Source of the DNA: a bacterium
GTDB lineage: Bacteria > UBA8248
Length of the DNA stretch: 64,000 bases
Assembly: GCA_963692865.2 (NCBI GenBank)
Contig: OY843592.1
Span: 1,312,001 to 1,376,000, forward strand
Direction of reading: 5' to 3'
Shown here in pieces: positions 49,116 to 57,468 of the stretch. The first letter of the stretch is position 1. Every line of letters starts with the position of its first letter. Made by a program: the position numbers and the translations under genes. A model generated the notes under the pieces. The model was not told where the DNA came from. It made no database searches and worked only from the letters and a program-made list of their open reading frames with translations.

Positions 49116-50645
49116 ATGGAAGGAACTCTCGGGCACATATTCGCAGCGACCGGCCAACTCGCCTCGCCCGCCATTCTCGCGATCATGCTGGGGGGAGTCG
49201 CCATCGGCGTCCTCATGGGCGCCATGCCGGGTTTCGGCAGTTCACAGGCCCTGGCTCTTCTTTTCCCGCTGACATTCAAAATGCCCGTGGAACACGCGAC
49301 CATGTTCTTCCTCGCTGTCTATTCCGGCGTCGAATACGGGAGCTCCATTCCGGCCATCCTGATCCGCACGCCGGGCACGGGGGCGTCCGCCGTAACCGTG
49401 CTCGACGGCTACACCATGACCCGCAACGGCCTCGCGCGAAAGGCGCTGCGCATCTCCCTCTATTCAGGGGTGATCGGCGGCGTCACGAGCACGCTGATCT
49501 TCATCATCGCAGGCACCTCGCTCGGCAACGTCGCCCTGATGTTCGGGCCGGGCGAGTTGTTCGCCGTCGGCGTGTTCGGTTTGTCGATCGTGGCGAGCTT
49601 TTTCGGAAAGGACGCCGCGCGCGGTTTCCTCGCCACGGGCATCGGATTGTTGCTGGGCACGGTCGGGAGTTCGGGTTTCGGTGGACTGCGGTTCACCTTC
49701 GACCAGGGATATCTGATGGACGGAATACCGCTCGTCGTCGTGATCATCGCCTTCCTGGCGGGGCCCGAGGCGTTCAACCTCCTGGTGGAGCACCGGCGCA
49801 CGATTGAAAGCAAAGAGACCGCCGCCCAGGGCGCCGCCGATGAGCGCAACCGGATTCGGCCGTGGGAAGTCAAAAGGCTCATCCCCACCTGGATTCGCGC
49901 GAGCCTGATCGGGACGGGGGTCGGCGCGGTTCCGGGAGCGGGCGGCTCCATCGCCGGCATGCTGGCCTACAGCGAGGAGCGGCGGTGGTCGAAGCGTTCG
50001 GATAAATTCGGCACCGGCATCATCGAGGGCGTCGCCGCGCCCGAGTGTTCGAACAACGCCCTCGTGGCGGGCACGCTCGTGCCCTCGCTCTCGCTCGGCA
50101 TCCCGGGTTCGGGCGGCGCGGCCATTCTCCTGGGCGTGCTGATCAGCAAAGGCCTGGTTCCCGGCCCGCTGCTCTTCCGGGACAACGGGACGTTCGTGAT
50201 GACGGTGTTCATCGGCTTGTTCGTGATCAACCTCATGCTCCTTTGCACGGGCCTCGTCGGCACCCGCGCCTTCAGCCTCGTCGCCAAGGTGCCCCGCCGC
50301 ATCCTGGGGCCGTTCGTCCTGATCCTCATCGTGGTCGGCAGCTACGTGTATGCGAACTACACGGCCCACGTCGTCATGGTGCTCATCCTGGGCGCGCTCG
50401 CCTACTTCTTCGAGAAGGTCAACATTCCCGTCGTGCCCATCGTGCTCGCGTTCATCATGGGGCCGATCATCGAGATCAACCTGAGCCGCGCGCTCACGAT
50501 CTCGGGCGGGGACATGTGGGCGCTCCTCTCCAGCCCCATCACGGCGACGATACTCGTGCTCTCCCTCATCACCGCGGTCTACAGCATGGCCGCGATGTTC
50601 CGCGCGGCGAGGCTCGGGATCACCGGAGGCGCCGACGCGGAATAG
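49116..50645 (+). CDS. TctA-family permease
   Basis: GAMPG, YG.SIPAIL.RTPG, GVAAPECSNNA, LSLGIPGS, PGPLLF. Confidence 0.93.
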   Translation: MEGTLGHIFAATGQLASPAILAIMLGGVAIGVLMGAMPGFGSSQALALLFPLTFKMPVEHATMFFLAVYSGVEYGSSIPAILIRTPGTGASAVTVLDGYTMTRNGLARKALRISLYSGVIGGVTSTLIFIIAGTSLGNVALMFGPGELFAVGVFGLSIVASFFGKDAARGFLATGIGLLLGTVGSSGFGGLRFTFDQGYLMDGIPLVVVIIAFLAGPEAFNLLVEHRRTIESKETAAQGAADERNRIRPWEVKRLIPTWIRASLIGTGVGAVPGAGGSIAGMLAYSEERRWSKRSDKFGTGIIEGVAAPECSNNALVAGTLVPSLSLGIPGSGGAAILLGVLISKGLVPGPLLFRDNGTFVMTVFIGLFVINLMLLCTGLVGTRAFSLVAKVPRRILGPFVLILIVVGSYVYANYTAHVVMVLILGALAYFFEKVNIPVVPIVLAFIMGPIIEINLSRALTISGGDMWALLSSPITATILVLSLITAVYSMAAMFRAARLGITGGADAE

Positions 50646-50699
50646 GCGGGAACGCGTTGTGTTTACTTGTGCGTTTTAGATGACGCCGTCCTCCTTCGG

Positions 50700-51108
50700 G
50701 AGTGTTCACCGTCATTCCGGCGAAAGCCGGAATCCATTTTGCGCCTTTTGCCTTTCGTCATGGTTCCCGCGCATCGGCGTGGAATCAAACGCCGCAGTTC
50801 TTTCCCCCGCACCCGCAAATGGATTCCGTCGAACCCTCATTCATCAATCGGGTTCGACCTCCCGCATTGGTCGGCTCCGACACCGGGATGACGGCGGTGG
50901 TGAATTGCGAGCGAGGAGGGGGATTGGAAGGGGTGTAGGTCGGACATATATGCGACCCGGCCTTTTTTCGCCGCCCGGTCATGGGCCGCATGTATGCGGC
51001 CCCTACAAAACCATCGCCTTTGGAAACCACTCCCCTCTTCTGTGGAAGTTTTGCAACAGCTCCCTCAAGGGGGAGCGACCTCGGACAGGCGCAAGCGCCT
51101 GTCCCTAC
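50700..51108. repeat. Mosaic intergenic repeat cluster
   Basis: GTCATTCC module, REP doublet 50935-51006, right end GTTTTGCAACAGCTCC (51048-51063), REP 51083-51108. Confidence 0.75.
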
Positions 51109-51160
51109 GTGTAGAACCTTCACCGGGGCGCGGGAAAACCGAAGGGGTTTCTCTCTCGCT

Positions 51161-52393
51161 CTAGATAACCCCGTCTTCCTTGAGCGTGTCGATCTCTTCT
51201 TTCGAGAGGCCGAGCAGGTCGCCGAGAATCTCTTCGTTGTGCCTGCCGCTCAAGGGGGCCGGGGTTTCATAACCACCGGGGGTTTTGCTGAACTTGAGCG
51301 GAAAGGCGGCCGTCTTGACTTCGCCGAGATTCCCGAGCGCGGGGTGGGGGAGATCTTCGATCATGTTCCGCGCCTTCAAATGCGGCCAGGCGAGGATGTC
51401 CCTGATGGTGTGGACGGGCCCGCAGATGACGTCATAGCGGCGCAACTCAAAAAGCGCTTCCTCCACGGTGTGTTTTTCCGTCCATTCGGTGATGACGGCG
51501 TCCACCTCGTCGTTGTTCGTGATGCGGCCGCTGAGATCCGCATAGCGCGGGTCGCCCACCAGTTCCTCGCGCCCCACGGCGCGCAGGATGTTGTTCCAGT
51601 GCTCATCGGTGCCCGATCCGACCACCAGCCAGCCGTCTTTGGCCTGATACGCGTTGAAAGGGGAGAGGCGCATGATGCGGTTCCCCAGCCTGTCCGGCAG
51701 GCCCAGCGCCTCGTAGCAGTCCATCGGCTCATCGAAGACCAGGGACAGGAGGCAGTCCACCATCGAGATGTCCAGCCACTGGCCCTCGCCGGTGCGCTCG
51801 CGATGCAGGAGCGCGGTGGTGATGGCGCCGAAGGCGAACGTGCCCCCGATGCTGTCCGCGATGGCGGAGCCCGCCTTGGTGGGGGGACCGTCGGGGAAGC
51901 CGGTGAGGTTCATGAGGCCCGAGACCGCCTGGGTGACGGCGTCGTAGCCCTTGAGCCGCGCGTCGGGGCCGCTCTGGCCGTAAGCAGTGATGGAGCAGTA
52001 GACGAGCCGGGGGTTACGCTTCGCCAGCGCCTCGAAGTCGATTTTGAGCCGCTCGGTCACGCCCACCGAGAAATTCTCGACGAGCACGTCGGCCTCGTCC
52101 ACCAGGCGGTAGAACAAGTCCAGCCCGCGCGGCTCCTTGAGATTGAGCGTCAGGGATTTCTTGTTGCGGGTTCGCTTCAGGTAGGCGATGCCCAGGTCGT
52201 CCTCGCTCCGGCGGTGGAAGGACACGCCCTCGGGGCCGGCGTAGGGAGGCCCCATGGCCACCACGTCGCCCGTGGCCGGATGGTTCACCTTGATGACTTC
52301 CGCCCCCAGGCCCGCGAGCAGGAGCGTCGTCCAGGGACCCGAGTAGAACTGGGTCAGGTCCAGCACCCGGAATCCTTCCAGCGGTTTCGGCAT
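51161..52393 (-). CDS. Family III CoA-transferase (CaiB/BaiF)
   Basis: PLEG.RVLDL, RNKKS, YGQSGP, IADSIGG. Confidence 0.93.
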   Translation of the reverse strand: MPKPLEGFRVLDLTQFYSGPWTTLLLAGLGAEVIKVNHPATGDVVAMGPPYAGPEGVSFHRRSEDDLGIAYLKRTRNKKSLTLNLKEPRGLDLFYRLVDEADVLVENFSVGVTERLKIDFEALAKRNPRLVYCSITAYGQSGPDARLKGYDAVTQAVSGLMNLTGFPDGPPTKAGSAIADSIGGTFAFGAITTALLHRERTGEGQWLDISMVDCLLSLVFDEPMDCYEALGLPDRLGNRIMRLSPFNAYQAKDGWLVVGSGTDEHWNNILRAVGREELVGDPRYADLSGRITNNDEVDAVITEWTEKHTVEEALFELRRYDVICGPVHTIRDILAWPHLKARNMIEDLPHPALGNLGEVKTAAFPLKFSKTPGGYETPAPLSGRHNEEILGDLLGLSKEEIDTLKEDGVI

Positions 52394-52730
52394 TATCGGC
52401 TCCAGATAAAAGAAAACGAGACGTGCTTATGAATAAGTGTGAAGGTAATTTGGGGAATTATATACGAAAATAACCCGCGCTCTATTTCGAGGAGTCGGGC
52501 GAGTGCTGGATTTTCACGTCCTGAACGATCGTTTCCGCAAAATTCTCCGGCGTAGTTTGGATGCGGACCTACTTCTCCATCGTGTCTTGCTTTTGGATTG
52601 AATGAAGGAAATTGTGAAATCGACACCGAGGATGGACTTGCTTCATTGTTTCATGCAATGGTGAGCAAGAAGAGCATTTTCAAGAAGTTGATTGCCTGAA
52701 TATGTATGATATATTCAAGAAGGATGAGCG

Positions 52731-52928
52731 ATGATCGATCCGAATGTGCATGACTTGGCAGTGAATATGGCCGCATTGGAGGAACGTATGAAAACCATGC
52801 AAGCTGAGTATAAGACGGATATTGCACGACTGGCCGAAGATAACGCCAAACGCGAAACCCGGCTGCTTATAAGCATTGCCGGGTTACTTGCCGTCGCCGT
52901 AGCGATCCTTGGCATGGTGTTTTCTTGA
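52731..52928 (+). CDS. Small coiled-coil protein with C-terminal TM (CCDC90/DUF1640-like)
   Basis: Heptad pattern followed by a hydrophobic helix; AAGGA RBS; AT-rich context. Confidence 0.6.
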   Translation: MIDPNVHDLAVNMAALEERMKTMQAEYKTDIARLAEDNAKRETRLLISIAGLLAVAVAILGMVFS

Positions 52929-53014
52929 TTCGTTAGACTGGTTAAAACAACAAACCCTCGTTGAATTATTCCTAAGGTTTCCCATAATTTGCGTTCCGTC
53001 ACGTTATCGAGTGG

Positions 53015-53863
53015 TCAGTCCCCGCCGTTCGACGTCGCCTTCTCCTTGACGCGCCTGGCCTCGTCCATAGGGCAGAGGGTGATGCAGGTCGCGCAGACGT
53101 GCGGCGCGTTGTCGGTGAAGGCCATCATTCGTCCGGCGAGCTGGAGTTCGGGGTGGCCGTAGCGCTTCCTGAAGACTTGGACGGCCTTCTCCGGCGAGAC
53201 TCTTTGGGGATACATCACCATGCACTTGTAGTGGTCCACCGCTCCGTCTCCGGGCAGCGCGCCCGCCGGGCAGGGCTTGATGCACTTGTAGCCGCACTCC
53301 ACGCAAAACTCGGGCACCACGCCGTACCGCTTGGGCGGGTCGGGTTCGAGCGCGGCCGTCGTGATGACCGCGCCGAGTCTCAGGCGCGAGCCGTATTCGG
53401 CGGTGATCAGGTTGTTGTTCACGCCGATCTCGCCCATCCCTGAGTTCACCGCCGCGAGCCTGAGGTCGAATGAGCCCTGCATGAAGACTTCCGGCTCCGG
53501 GCCTTCGCTGAGAACCCGCAGCGAGGGGATGTCTCTTCCCGCGGGCGTGGGCAGCGCCATGTGCCCGTTGTCTTCGAGCCACAGCGCCAGCCGGAATGAG
53601 AGCTTGTTGATCCAGGCCTCGTGCCCGTAATAGCCGAATTCCAGATAGCTCACGGTCGGCCGGGAGGCGGCGTTGCCGAACGGCATGCGGCGCGCGAAGA
53701 CGACGACGCTTTTGGCGTCCTTCACCAGGTCTTCGGGCTTGCAGCCGGGGAGCGCTTTCTCGAAACCCTCGCATGAGGAAATCCCCACGAGGTCCGCGCC
53801 GAACTCGCGGGCCTGCGCCTTGACGTCGGCCGATGAAATCGCGGCGCTCGATCCGTTTCGCAT
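53015..53863 (-). CDS. QueG/reductive-dehalogenase-like cobalamin Fe-S protein (paralogue 2)
   Basis: FGADLVGI, GEIG.NN.LIT.EYGSRLRL, CVECGYKCIKPCP, CATCITLCP. Confidence 0.85.
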   Translation of the reverse strand: MRNGSSAAISSADVKAQAREFGADLVGISSCEGFEKALPGCKPEDLVKDAKSVVVFARRMPFGNAASRPTVSYLEFGYYGHEAWINKLSFRLALWLEDNGHMALPTPAGRDIPSLRVLSEGPEPEVFMQGSFDLRLAAVNSGMGEIGVNNNLITAEYGSRLRLGAVITTAALEPDPPKRYGVVPEFCVECGYKCIKPCPAGALPGDGAVDHYKCMVMYPQRVSPEKAVQVFRKRYGHPELQLAGRMMAFTDNAPHVCATCITLCPMDEARRVKEKATSNGGD

Positions 53864-53864
53864 C

Positions 53865-54767
53865 CTAGGGGTTCTCCAGCAGGGCCGGGTCCAGCACTTT
53901 GCGCGCGTCTTCGTCCGTCCAGAATTCGCGGTGAAAGGGTTCGTTCACGAAACCGCGGCCCTGATCCATCGGGCAGAGCGCGATGCAGGTGGCGCATGGA
54001 TGCGGCGGGCTGTCGGTGTAGGAGAGTCCCTTGGCGGCCATGACGAGGGGTTTGTCCCGGAAGAGTCTTTTGAAATGGGCGAGGGCCTTCTCCGGCGCGA
54101 CCAGGTCCGGCCGCACCACCATGCAGCGGTAGTGGTCTACGGTACCATCGCCTGGGAGCGCGTTCGCGGGACAGGCCTCCACGCAGCGAAAGCCGCACTC
54201 GCGGCAGAAATCGGGCACGCCGCCGTATTGATTCGGCGGGTCGGGCGCCAGATTCGCCTCGGTGAGCACCGCGCCCAGCCGGACGCGGGAGCCGTATTCG
54301 GGCGTGATGAGGCAGTTGTTGGCGCCTATCTCTCCGAGTCCGGCCTTGACCGCCGCCAGCCGCAAGTCGAAGGAGCCTCGCAGGAATACCCTGGGCTCGG
54401 GGCCTTCTTCTTCCACGCGGAAGTTCGTGATGTCGCGCCCGCACGGCGTGGCGCCGGAGAGCCAGCCTTCGTCTTCGAGATGAAGCGCGAGTCGGTAGCA
54501 GGCTTCGTTCAGGAAATTCTCAGGAATGTATTCGCCGAATTCCATCGCGCCGATGCTGGGATACGGCGTGGCCGCGGCGAAGGGGATGCGCTTGGCCAAC
54601 ACGATCACGCTGTTCGCCATATTGAAAACGTCTCTGGGGCGGCAGCCGGCCGAGGCTTCCGCGAAATCCTCCGCAGACGCGACGCCCGCGAGGTCGGCGC
54701 CCAACTCGCGGGCCAGGCGCTTCACGTCCTGAACGTCGAGGGATTTTCGGGCGTCGGTTTCGTTCAT
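53865..54767 (-). CDS. QueG/reductive-dehalogenase-like cobalamin Fe-S protein (paralogue 1)
   Basis: LGADLAGV, AGLGEIG, EYGSRVRL, CRECGFRCVEACP, CATCIALCP. Confidence 0.85.
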   Translation of the reverse strand: MNETDARKSLDVQDVKRLARELGADLAGVASAEDFAEASAGCRPRDVFNMANSVIVLAKRIPFAAATPYPSIGAMEFGEYIPENFLNEACYRLALHLEDEGWLSGATPCGRDITNFRVEEEGPEPRVFLRGSFDLRLAAVKAGLGEIGANNCLITPEYGSRVRLGAVLTEANLAPDPPNQYGGVPDFCRECGFRCVEACPANALPGDGTVDHYRCMVVRPDLVAPEKALAHFKRLFRDKPLVMAAKGLSYTDSPPHPCATCIALCPMDQGRGFVNEPFHREFWTDEDARKVLDPALLENP

Positions 54768-55209
54768 GCGGGAAACCTCGGGTTTTCGCCGCCTGCGTCC
54801 GTGCGGCGACGTGGAACTGCTTATCCTCTCATGGAGTCTATTTTCGCCGGAGTGATGATTCGAGAGGATGGAATGAATCTATCACAGCGCCGCAAAGAGA
54901 CAAAATCGCATCGCGCGGGGCGTTATGCGCGCCTCCTCCGAACCCGCCAAAGGGCCTGCGTCGAACTTGCCGAGGGGGGGGAGCGCCCCCTTCGGCAGGC
55001 TCAGGGCAGGTTTTCGATACCCCGCCTTCTGGACTACTCAGGATGAGGGGAGAAGAGTTTGCAGCAACTGTTCAGTCCGAAGGGAGAAGGGTTTGCGGCG
55101 GTTATTCGGGGTAAGGTCGTTCCGACCGGCCAGGATAAGGGTGAGCGGCCAGTCGAGACGAGAGTGAGGCAACGCTCTCATCATCCTGATTCGACCGCCG
55201 AAAAAATGA

Positions 55210-55238
55210 TTGACTGCCTTCGAGGCCGTATCCATAAT
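55210..55238 (+). promoter_or_regulatory. Sigma70 promoter
   Basis: TTGACT-17 bp-CATAAT, then GGAGGAGG RBS. Confidence 0.7.
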
Positions 55239-55270
55239 GGCCGCACCGCCGGAGGGAGGAGGACGCGATC

Positions 55271-56410
55271 ATGGTTGAGTGGCTCGGCATCGGGCATCTT
55301 TTCGAGCTTTCCCGGACGGAGGCGATTGCGGGGTTTTTCACCCCGCTTGTGGTCTTCGCCGCCTTTTTCGCGGCGCAGCTCGTGCTGCCGGGAAGGTGGG
55401 TGCCCGGCTACGTCATCGACCCGGAGACCGGCGAGCCCCGCAAATACCGGCTGAACGGCCTTGCGGTGTTCGCCGTCGCGCAGATCGTTTGGGCTTTCGA
55501 ACTGACCGGGATGCCGCGCGACTGGTTCTACCGCTCCACGATCTACGCCGTGGCCGGCGGAACGGTCTTCACCGCCCTCTTCGCCCTCATCGCGGTGTAC
55601 AGCCGGCCCGTAGGCAGGATAAAGAATCCCCTCCTGGCGCTGTGGGACGGGCGGGCGCAGGAGTTTTCGTTCTTCGGCGACCGCTTCGACGTGAAGATGT
55701 ATCTGTACGTCGTCGGCGGGACGATGTTTTCGCTCAACGCCCTGTCCGGGGCCGCGTATCACTACGACCGCTTCGGCGCAGACTTCAACCCGGGCGTTTT
55801 CCTGTATGCGGCGTTCTTCACGTTCTACGTGTTCGACTACTTCATCTTCGAGCGCGTCCAGCTCTATACCTACGATCTGATCCACGAGAATATCGGCTTC
55901 AAGATGCTGTGGGGCGGCCTCATGGTCTACGGGTGGGTGTTCATCCTCCCGCTGTGGGGCATGGCCGCCTACCCCGACCCGGGATTCCCGCCGGGGTGGA
56001 AGAACTTCTGGCTCATCGGAACGGTCGCGGTTTTCCTGTTGGGGTGGGGCATCGGGCGCGGCGCCAACCTGCAGAAATACACGTTCAAGCGATGGCCCGA
56101 GCGCAAGTTTCTGGGCCTCATCCAGCCCGAGTACATCCAGGCCGGCGACCGCAAGATCCTGTGCAGCGGCCTGTGGGGCGTCGCCCGCCACTTCAACTAC
56201 ATGGGCGAGGGGTTTCTCGCGCTGTCCATCGCCCTGTCGTTCGGCCATTTCACGAATCCCTGGGCCTGGACCTACTTCGTATTCGTCGTCTCGTTCTTCA
56301 CCTGCCGCCAACGCTATGACGACGCCTACTGCGCCGAGAAATACGGCGCCGAAAAATGGGCGGAGTATCAGGAGCGGGTGAAGTACCGGATTTTTCCCGG
56401 TATTTATTGA
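55271..56410 (+). CDS. ERG4/ERG24-family (sterol reductase-like) membrane protein
   Basis: YRLNG, DLIHE..GF...WG, ANLQK..FK, SGLWGVARHFNYMGE, DD..C.EKYG..W.EY...V.YRIFPGIY. Confidence 0.88.
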   Translation: MVEWLGIGHLFELSRTEAIAGFFTPLVVFAAFFAAQLVLPGRWVPGYVIDPETGEPRKYRLNGLAVFAVAQIVWAFELTGMPRDWFYRSTIYAVAGGTVFTALFALIAVYSRPVGRIKNPLLALWDGRAQEFSFFGDRFDVKMYLYVVGGTMFSLNALSGAAYHYDRFGADFNPGVFLYAAFFTFYVFDYFIFERVQLYTYDLIHENIGFKMLWGGLMVYGWVFILPLWGMAAYPDPGFPPGWKNFWLIGTVAVFLLGWGIGRGANLQKYTFKRWPERKFLGLIQPEYIQAGDRKILCSGLWGVARHFNYMGEGFLALSIALSFGHFTNPWAWTYFVFVVSFFTCRQRYDDAYCAEKYGAEKWAEYQERVKYRIFPGIY

Positions 56411-56437
56411 GAGCGCGCCCCGCGCATGCGGGCCAAA

Positions 56438-56976
56438 CCCGATTGATGAACGAGAGCCGGTCCCGACCGGGGAGGGAGGACCGCCTTTTGCATTCGTAGG
56501 GACAGGCTTCCGCGCGTGTCCGAGGCTTCCGCGTGTCCCGCAGAGAACAACCACGGAAGGTCGAATTCGACCGGGGCGAGTCCTTTGTCGATTGGCGGAG
56601 GGCAGGACGACCACGGGGGTGGGACAACCCTGGAAGGCGGGACAACCCCTCTTCGGGGTTCCCCTACGGGCGCAGCGGCCTGCGGCCCCTCACCCCGAGC
56701 CGCCGCGCCGGCGCCCACCCTCACCCTGAGCAGGCGCGTCAGCGCCGTACCGAAGGGCGAGGGGAGTCGAAGCCTCTCGCCGGCGGCGGGAGGGCATCCC
56801 ATTCGACGGGTTCGGGAATGCAGTTCCTCCTTACTCAGTCGGAACTGACTCCTTACTCAGTCGGAACTGACTCCTTACTCAGTCGGAACTGACTCCTTAC
56901 TCAGTCGGAACTGACCTTCGATACGCGGCTTCGCCGCTACCCAGGATGAGGTGGAGAAGGGTTTTTCAACAGCCCC
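56438..56976. repeat. Mosaic intergenic repeat cluster ending in a MITE right end
   Basis: REP 56496-56521, CCTGAG..CGAAGG pair, GTTTTTCAACAGCCCC (56961-56976). Confidence 0.72.
56827..56914. repeat. Perfect tandem repeat, 4 x 22 bp
   Basis: CTCCTTACTCAGTCGGAACTGA x4; near-identical single unit at 39388-39409. Confidence 0.95.
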
Positions 56977-57320
56977 TTGGGGGTCGGGATCGACTTTCCT
57001 TCGGCGATAACGATCTGCACGCATTTCCCCGCAATTGCCGCCGCCGGGTTTTCGCGTCGACGGGGTATGGTGGAGAGGCCGCCCGCCGGCCTTCGTTTTT
57101 TCCGGCGGCGAAGGCGGCGCGGAGGGCGGGAACCGGGCCGCCGCTCGGGCGAGGCGCGGAAAGTGTAAAATGCAAATAATAATTCCTGAAAAATTGGATA
57201 AAATTGTATAAATTCAGGGGGGTTTTCGGTAGATTTCCGACAATTTTTTCCTGGGGAAATGACGCCGGGGAATCCGGGCGCAGGGGAATTCTGCCATGGC
57301 CCGCGCCTTGCGCGATAACG

Positions 57321-57360
57321 GGAAATGCGGGGAGTTGCGGGCAGTTGCGGGAGAGGCGGG
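57321..57360. repeat. 10-bp-phased direct repeats
   Basis: GGAAATGCGG/GGAGTTGCGG/GCAGTTGCGG/GAGAGGCGGG. Confidence 0.6.
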
Positions 57361-57468
57361 CGGAAATTTCACGGAGCGGTAATTCTATCGCAGAACCGGG
57401 GGCGGTTCGCGCGCCGCCGCGTTTTGACCTGATTATCGCAACGGATTGATTTTCAACGTATTATCAAT

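Noticed and set aside
52929-53002. TERKLW fragment reminiscent of a DUF559 nuclease
   Set aside because: Too short, and the downstream FRRQ/DF motifs are absent
56827-56914. Possible CRISPR array
   Set aside because: Units are contiguous with no spacers, and there are no cas genes
57330-57400. Cobalamin riboswitch (CCCGCAACTG on the minus strand)
   Set aside because: Other conserved B12-element blocks are absent and no gene starts downstream
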